From an uncultured Nitrososphaerota archaeon (GTDB lineage: Archaea; Korarchaeota; Korarchaeia; Korarchaeales; Korarchaeaceae), in assembly GCA_964594835.1 (NCBI GenBank), contig CAZQNA010000013.1:1-40573 (forward strand): a DNA stretch of 40,573 nt, given 5' to 3'. Under the pieces are notes generated by a model, which saw only the letters and a list, made by a program, of their open reading frames with translations, had not been told where the DNA came from and did not search any database. The translations under genes and the position numbers were made by a program. Positions 36,492-40,573 of the stretch are shown here, one piece after another (the stretch's first letter is position 1; every line of letters begins with the position of its first letter).

Positions 36492-37107
36492 GGTCAGGGA
36501 AGAGGACGCCATGATGACTGCGCTTCTGGAGCCTGCCAGGAGGCGCGCGGAGGAGAAGATCGAGGAGGCCAGGAAAAGAGCCAGGGAGATAATCGAGGAT
36601 GCCAAGAGAGAGGCGAGGAGGATAATCGAGGCAAGGAGAGCCAGGGCACTAAGGGAGATGGAGGAAGAGATCGAGAGGAAGCGTAGCGCGGCCGAGGTGG
36701 ACGCTAGGAAGGTCCTCATGGAGGTAAAAATGAGGTACGTCCAGGAGGCCATAGAGCGAGCCAAGGATGCCCTGAACGAGGTAGTCGCGGGAAAATCCAC
36801 CGGCATGGACTACCGGGAGGTGCTGGCGAACCTAGCAGAGGAGGCGGTGCGGGGCGTGGGAGAGGCGGAGGTGTACTTGATGGGGAGGGAGGGGGACAGG
36901 GAGATCCTTAGGCACGTCGCGGCGGATCTCTCCAAGAAGCTCGGGGTCACCGTGAAGGTGGACGAGAAGACGCTGAGGATCATCGGAGGCGTCGTGGCGA
37001 GGGACGCCCAGGACAAGAAGAGGTTCTACAACACCATCGAGGGCAGGCTCAGACGCGTCCAAGAGGAGAAGTTCCACGAGATCGCCGCCCTCTTGTTCGG
37101 GAGGTGA
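36481..37107 (+). CDS. atpE: A/V-type ATP synthase subunit E
   Basis: N-terminal coiled coil; C-terminal IIGGVV...YNTIEGRL...IAALLFG. Confidence 0.9.
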   Translation: MAGEVREEDAMMTALLEPARRRAEEKIEEARKRAREIIEDAKREARRIIEARRARALREMEEEIERKRSAAEVDARKVLMEVKMRYVQEAIERAKDALNEVVAGKSTGMDYREVLANLAEEAVRGVGEAEVYLMGREGDREILRHVAADLSKKLGVTVKVDEKTLRIIGGVVARDAQDKKRFYNTIEGRLRRVQEEKFHEIAALLFGR

Positions 37108-37113
37108 GGATGG

Positions 37114-38898
37114 TTGGTGGTCAAGCAGGAGGTCACCGGGATCGTCTCCCACATCAAGGGCCCCATAGTCGTCGCTGATGGGATGAGGGGGGCCCGGATC
37201 AGGGAGATAGTCCTCGTGGGAGAGGAGAAGCTCATAGGCGAGATCGTCAGGATAGAGGGTGACAGGGCGATCATACAGGTCTACGAGCCCACCGAGGGGA
37301 TGAGGCCCGGAGAGCCTGTTGAGAGGACTGGAGAGCCCCTGTCCGCCGAGCTTGGTCCGGGCTTGCTCGGCCAGGTGCTCGACGGGCTCGGCAGGCCCCT
37401 CCCGAAGATAGCCGAGATGGCGGGGCCCTTCATCACTAGGGGGATAAAGCTCCCCACCCTCCCGCGCGACGTCAGGTGGTACTTCAAGCCCACCGTCGAG
37501 GTGGGAGAGAGGGTCGTGCCGGGCGACGTGCTCGGCACGGTTCCCGAGGGCGCGGTGACCCACAAGATCATGGTCCCGCCCAACGCCCAGCCGGGCCGCA
37601 TCGTGGAGATGGCCCCAGAGGGCGACTACACGGTCGAGGAGGTCGTCGCGGTCGTAGAGTCGGCTGGAGGCGTTCGACAAGAGATCAAGCTTTACCATAA
37701 GTGGCCCGTGAGGATGCCTCGGCCCTTTAGGGAGAAGTTGGAGCCGACGATGCTCCTGGTGACAGGGCAGAGGGTCATAGACACGTTCTTCCCGATAGTG
37801 AAGGGAGGGGCCTCCGCGATTCCTGGAGGCTTCGGCACGGGGAAGACCGTGACCCTTCACCAGGTCTCCAAGTGGGCCGATGCCGACGTCGTGGTCTACG
37901 TCGGGTGCGGCGAGCGCGGAAACGAGATGACGGACCTGCTCCAGCACTTCCCGAAGCTCGTCGACCCTAAGACTGGGAGACCCCTGCTTGAGAGGAGCGT
38001 GCTCATCGCCAACACCAGCAACATGCCTGTGCCCGCAAGGGAAGCCAGTATCTTCATCGGCATAACGTACGCGGAGTACTACAGGGACATGGGGCTCGAC
38101 GTGGTGCTCACGGCCGACTCCACCAGCAGGTGGGCCGAGGCGCTGAGGGAACTCTCGTCCAGGCTGGAGGAGATCCCGTCGGAGAGGGGGTTCCCCGCCT
38201 ACCTGCCGGACTACATCGCCTCCTTCTACGAGAGGGCCGGGAGGATTAAGGTCCTCGGCAGGAGGGATGAGATGGGCTCCGTCGCCGTGATTGGCGCCGT
38301 CAGCCCCTCGGGCGGCGACCTGAACGAGCCCGTGACCCAGCACACCATGAGGTACGTGGGGGCATTCTGGGCCCTGGACAAGGACCTCGCGTTCAAGAGA
38401 CACTTCCCGGCCATAAACTGGCTCAAGAGCTTCTCCAAGTACGCGGCGGAACTCAAGTACTGGTGGATAGAGAACACCGGCCACGACATGATGGAGTACA
38501 GGGAGCGCGCCATGGAGATCCTGCAGAAGGCCTCCAGCCTGGAGGAGGTGGCGAGGGTCGTTGGGGAGGCCGCCCTGAGCGACGAGAACAGGCTCGTCCT
38601 GCTCGCCGCCGAGATGATCAGGGAGGGCTTCCTCGTGCAGAACGCCTACCACGAGGTGGACACCTACTGCTCCCCAAAGAAGCAAGCCATGCTGCTCAAG
38701 GCCCTCGTCGAGTTCTACGACCGCGCCAGGCCTCTGGTCGAGGCCGGAGTCCCCATGTCCTCGATCAGGGAGATGAGTTCTGTGGGTCTCCTGATGAGGC
38801 TCAAGTTCGTCCCGGAGGACGAGTTCGAGGAGGCGCTCAAGCAGGCGCTCACCAAGCTCGAGACCGAGGCCGGCATGCTGATGGCGGAGGTGAGGTGA
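37114..38898 (+). CDS. atpA: A/V-type ATP synthase subunit A (no intein)
   Basis: [39 protein letters not shown] and SFYERAG. Confidence 0.97.
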   Translation: MVVKQEVTGIVSHIKGPIVVADGMRGARIREIVLVGEEKLIGEIVRIEGDRAIIQVYEPTEGMRPGEPVERTGEPLSAELGPGLLGQVLDGLGRPLPKIAEMAGPFITRGIKLPTLPRDVRWYFKPTVEVGERVVPGDVLGTVPEGAVTHKIMVPPNAQPGRIVEMAPEGDYTVEEVVAVVESAGGVRQEIKLYHKWPVRMPRPFREKLEPTMLLVTGQRVIDTFFPIVKGGASAIPGGFGTGKTVTLHQVSKWADADVVVYVGCGERGNEMTDLLQHFPKLVDPKTGRPLLERSVLIANTSNMPVPAREASIFIGITYAEYYRDMGLDVVLTADSTSRWAEALRELSSRLEEIPSERGFPAYLPDYIASFYERAGRIKVLGRRDEMGSVAVIGAVSPSGGDLNEPVTQHTMRYVGAFWALDKDLAFKRHFPAINWLKSFSKYAAELKYWWIENTGHDMMEYRERAMEILQKASSLEEVARVVGEAALSDENRLVLLAAEMIREGFLVQNAYHEVDTYCSPKKQAMLLKALVEFYDRARPLVEAGVPMSSIREMSSVGLLMRLKFVPEDEFEEALKQALTKLETEAGMLMAEVR

Positions 38899-38903
38899 GA
38901 GGA

Positions 38904-40334
38904 ATGGCGTTAATCTACGGGGCCGCCAGGAAGGGCATCAGGCTGGTCAAGGGCCCCCTCCTGTTCATGGAGGGTGTTCCCGAGGCCCGGTTTGGTGAGG
39001 CCGTCAGGATATTCTCCGAGGAGGGAAGGGAGTGGGTTGGCCAGGTACTCGAGGCGGGTAGGGAGGCAACAGTTATTCAAGTCCTCGGAGATACCGAGGG
39101 CATAGACTCCGGCGTCATCGTTAAGTTCACGGGAGAGACGCTAAAGCTCCCCATCGCCGAGGAGATGCTCGGCAGGGTCTTCAGCGGCTCCGGCGTGCCC
39201 ATCGACGGAGGGCCGCCTGTGAAGGCCGAGGACTACAGGGACATCAACGGGGCCCCGATCAACCCAACGATGAGGGACTACCCCGACGAGTTCGTGGAGA
39301 CGGGCATCTCGGCCATAGACGGGATGCTCAGCCTCGTGAGAGGTCAGAAGCTCCCCATATTCTCCGAGTCTGGGCTCCCGCACAACCAAGTTGCCGCTCA
39401 GATCGCCAGGCAGGCCGTGGTGCCCGGCAAGGCGGAGAGGTTCGCCATCGTGTTCGCGGCCATAGGGCTCAAGCACGACGAGGTGCTCTACTTCAGGAAG
39501 CAGTTCGAGGAGTTTGGCGCCCTCAGTAGGTCAATCCTGTTCCTGAACCTGGCCAACGACCCGGTGATAGAGAGGATAATGACCCCAAGGGTGGCGCTCA
39601 CGGCGGCGGAGTACCTGGCCTTTGACCTGGACATGGACGTCCTGGTCATACTCACGGACATGACCAACTACTGCGAGGCGCTCAGGGAGCTCAGCGCGGC
39701 CAGGGAGGAGGTGCCCAGCAGGAAGGGCTACCCTGGGTACATGTACAGCGACCTCGCCAGCATCTATGAAAGGGCCGGGAGGATTAAGGGTAAGACGGGC
39801 TCGATCACGCTGATGCCTATCCTCACCATGCCTGGAGGCGATCTGACGCACCCGATACCCGACCTCACCGGGTACATCACGGAGGGCCAGATCTTCCTAG
39901 ACTACGACCTGTTCAACAGGGGCATCTACCCTCCGATCAACGTCCTCCCCAGTCTCAGCAGGCTGATGAAGGACGGAGTCGGCAAGGGCAAGACGAGGGA
40001 GGACCACATGGAGGTGTCGAACCAGCTCTACGCTTCATACAGGGAGGGGACTAAGGCGAGGGAGCTTGTGCAGATCATAGGCGAGGCGGGTCTCAGCAAG
40101 AGGGAGAGGACATACCTGCAGTTCGCCGACAGGTTCGAGAGGGAGTTTGTGGCTCAGGGCTTCAGAGAGAGGAGGCCTATCGAGGAGACTCTGGAGATAG
40201 CCTGGGACCTGCTGGCCATGCTGCCGGAGGCCGAGCTTACTAGGATAAGCGACGCCACGATCGCGAAGTATCACCCGAAGCACAGAGAGTCTCGAGAGGG
40301 AGGCCCCGAGGGGAAGACCGAGATCTACGCCTAA
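38904..40334 (+). CDS. atpB: A/V-type ATP synthase subunit B
   Basis: [34 protein letters not shown] and [17 protein letters not shown] at 38904 follows GAGGTGA. Confidence 0.97.
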   Translation: MALIYGAARKGIRLVKGPLLFMEGVPEARFGEAVRIFSEEGREWVGQVLEAGREATVIQVLGDTEGIDSGVIVKFTGETLKLPIAEEMLGRVFSGSGVPIDGGPPVKAEDYRDINGAPINPTMRDYPDEFVETGISAIDGMLSLVRGQKLPIFSESGLPHNQVAAQIARQAVVPGKAERFAIVFAAIGLKHDEVLYFRKQFEEFGALSRSILFLNLANDPVIERIMTPRVALTAAEYLAFDLDMDVLVILTDMTNYCEALRELSAAREEVPSRKGYPGYMYSDLASIYERAGRIKGKTGSITLMPILTMPGGDLTHPIPDLTGYITEGQIFLDYDLFNRGIYPPINVLPSLSRLMKDGVGKGKTREDHMEVSNQLYASYREGTKARELVQIIGEAGLSKRERTYLQFADRFEREFVAQGFRERRPIEETLEIAWDLLAMLPEAELTRISDATIAKYHPKHRESREGGPEGKTEIYA

Positions 40335-40349
40335 CTCCGGTGAGGGGCT

Positions 40350-40573
40350 TTGTCCTCTAGGTCCGTTGGAAGGGTCGTCCCGACCAAGGGCTTCCTGATC
40401 AGGTTGAGGGAGAGGATCTCGTTCCTGGAGAGGGGCGTCGAGGCCCTCAAGATGAAGAGGGACCAGCTCGTTAAGGAGGCCCAAGCGCTGATCAAGGAAC
40501 TCAAGATCAGGGAAGAGGCGGAGAAGAAGATGGTCGAGGCGTACGAGGTCCTCAGACTTGCCTACGCCACAGC
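40350..40573 (+). CDS. atpD: A/V-type ATP synthase subunit D (3' end lies outside the window)
   Basis: TTG at 40350 after GGTGA. It translates as MSSRSVGRVVPTKGFLIRLRERI...G.EALKMKRDQL, the AtpD N-terminal motif. Not listed in the ORF track. Confidence 0.88.
   Translation, partial: MSSRSVGRVVPTKGFLIRLRERISFLERGVEALKMKRDQLVKEAQALIKELKIREEAEKKMVEAYEVLRLAYAT

Noticed and set aside
37114-38898. Intein in AtpA (a common insertion site after the P-loop)
   Set aside because: The protein has normal length (594 aa) and a continuous GTGKTVT motif.
36832-38903. 617-aa minus-strand ORF and the 147-aa extension of atpB from 38463
   Set aside because: Both overlap atpE/atpA. AtpB has a clear SD and ATG at 38904.

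Overview
A GC-rich, very compact archaeal chromosome segment. The markers are BRE/TATA promoters, GGTGA/GGAGG Shine-Dalgarno sites, TFE, A-type ATP synthase, a BHB tRNA intron and crenactin. Crenactin together with a multi-OB zinc-finger RPA and a short XPF suggests a TACK lineage, possibly Korarchaeota (inference). Bases 1-6400 are an accessory-looking zone: 5'-truncated argH, two tandem tRNA-Pro genes (the CGG one has a T-loop intron), two AbrB/PIN toxin-antitoxin pairs, a TudS/DUF523-like gene, and a secreted protein with an internal duplication and a Cys/Tyr/Trp-rich tail. The rest is mostly housekeeping: phosphate transport, TFE, EndoQ, glycerate kinase, Clp1, ribose-1,5-bisphosphate isomerase, crenactin, Ogt, RtcA-RPA-XPF, AsnRS, UbiD, HflX, agmatinase, porDAB, a gluzincin, MtaD, a CYTH protein, tRNA-Thr, tRNA-Leu and atpF-H-E-A-B-D. 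Top findings: (1) an intact form III-like RuBisCO homologue with its own promoter and nearly all catalytic and phosphate-binding residues replaced, next to R15P isomerase; (2) a C/D-box guide sRNA that forms the leader of the pit gene; (3) a tRNA-Pro intron containing a promoter-like element; (4) the secreted Cys-rich protein; (5) crenactin inside a repair gene cluster with no recognisable arcadin genes; (6) probable CTG start codons. All family assignments come from motif recognition by eye; no database searches were run.
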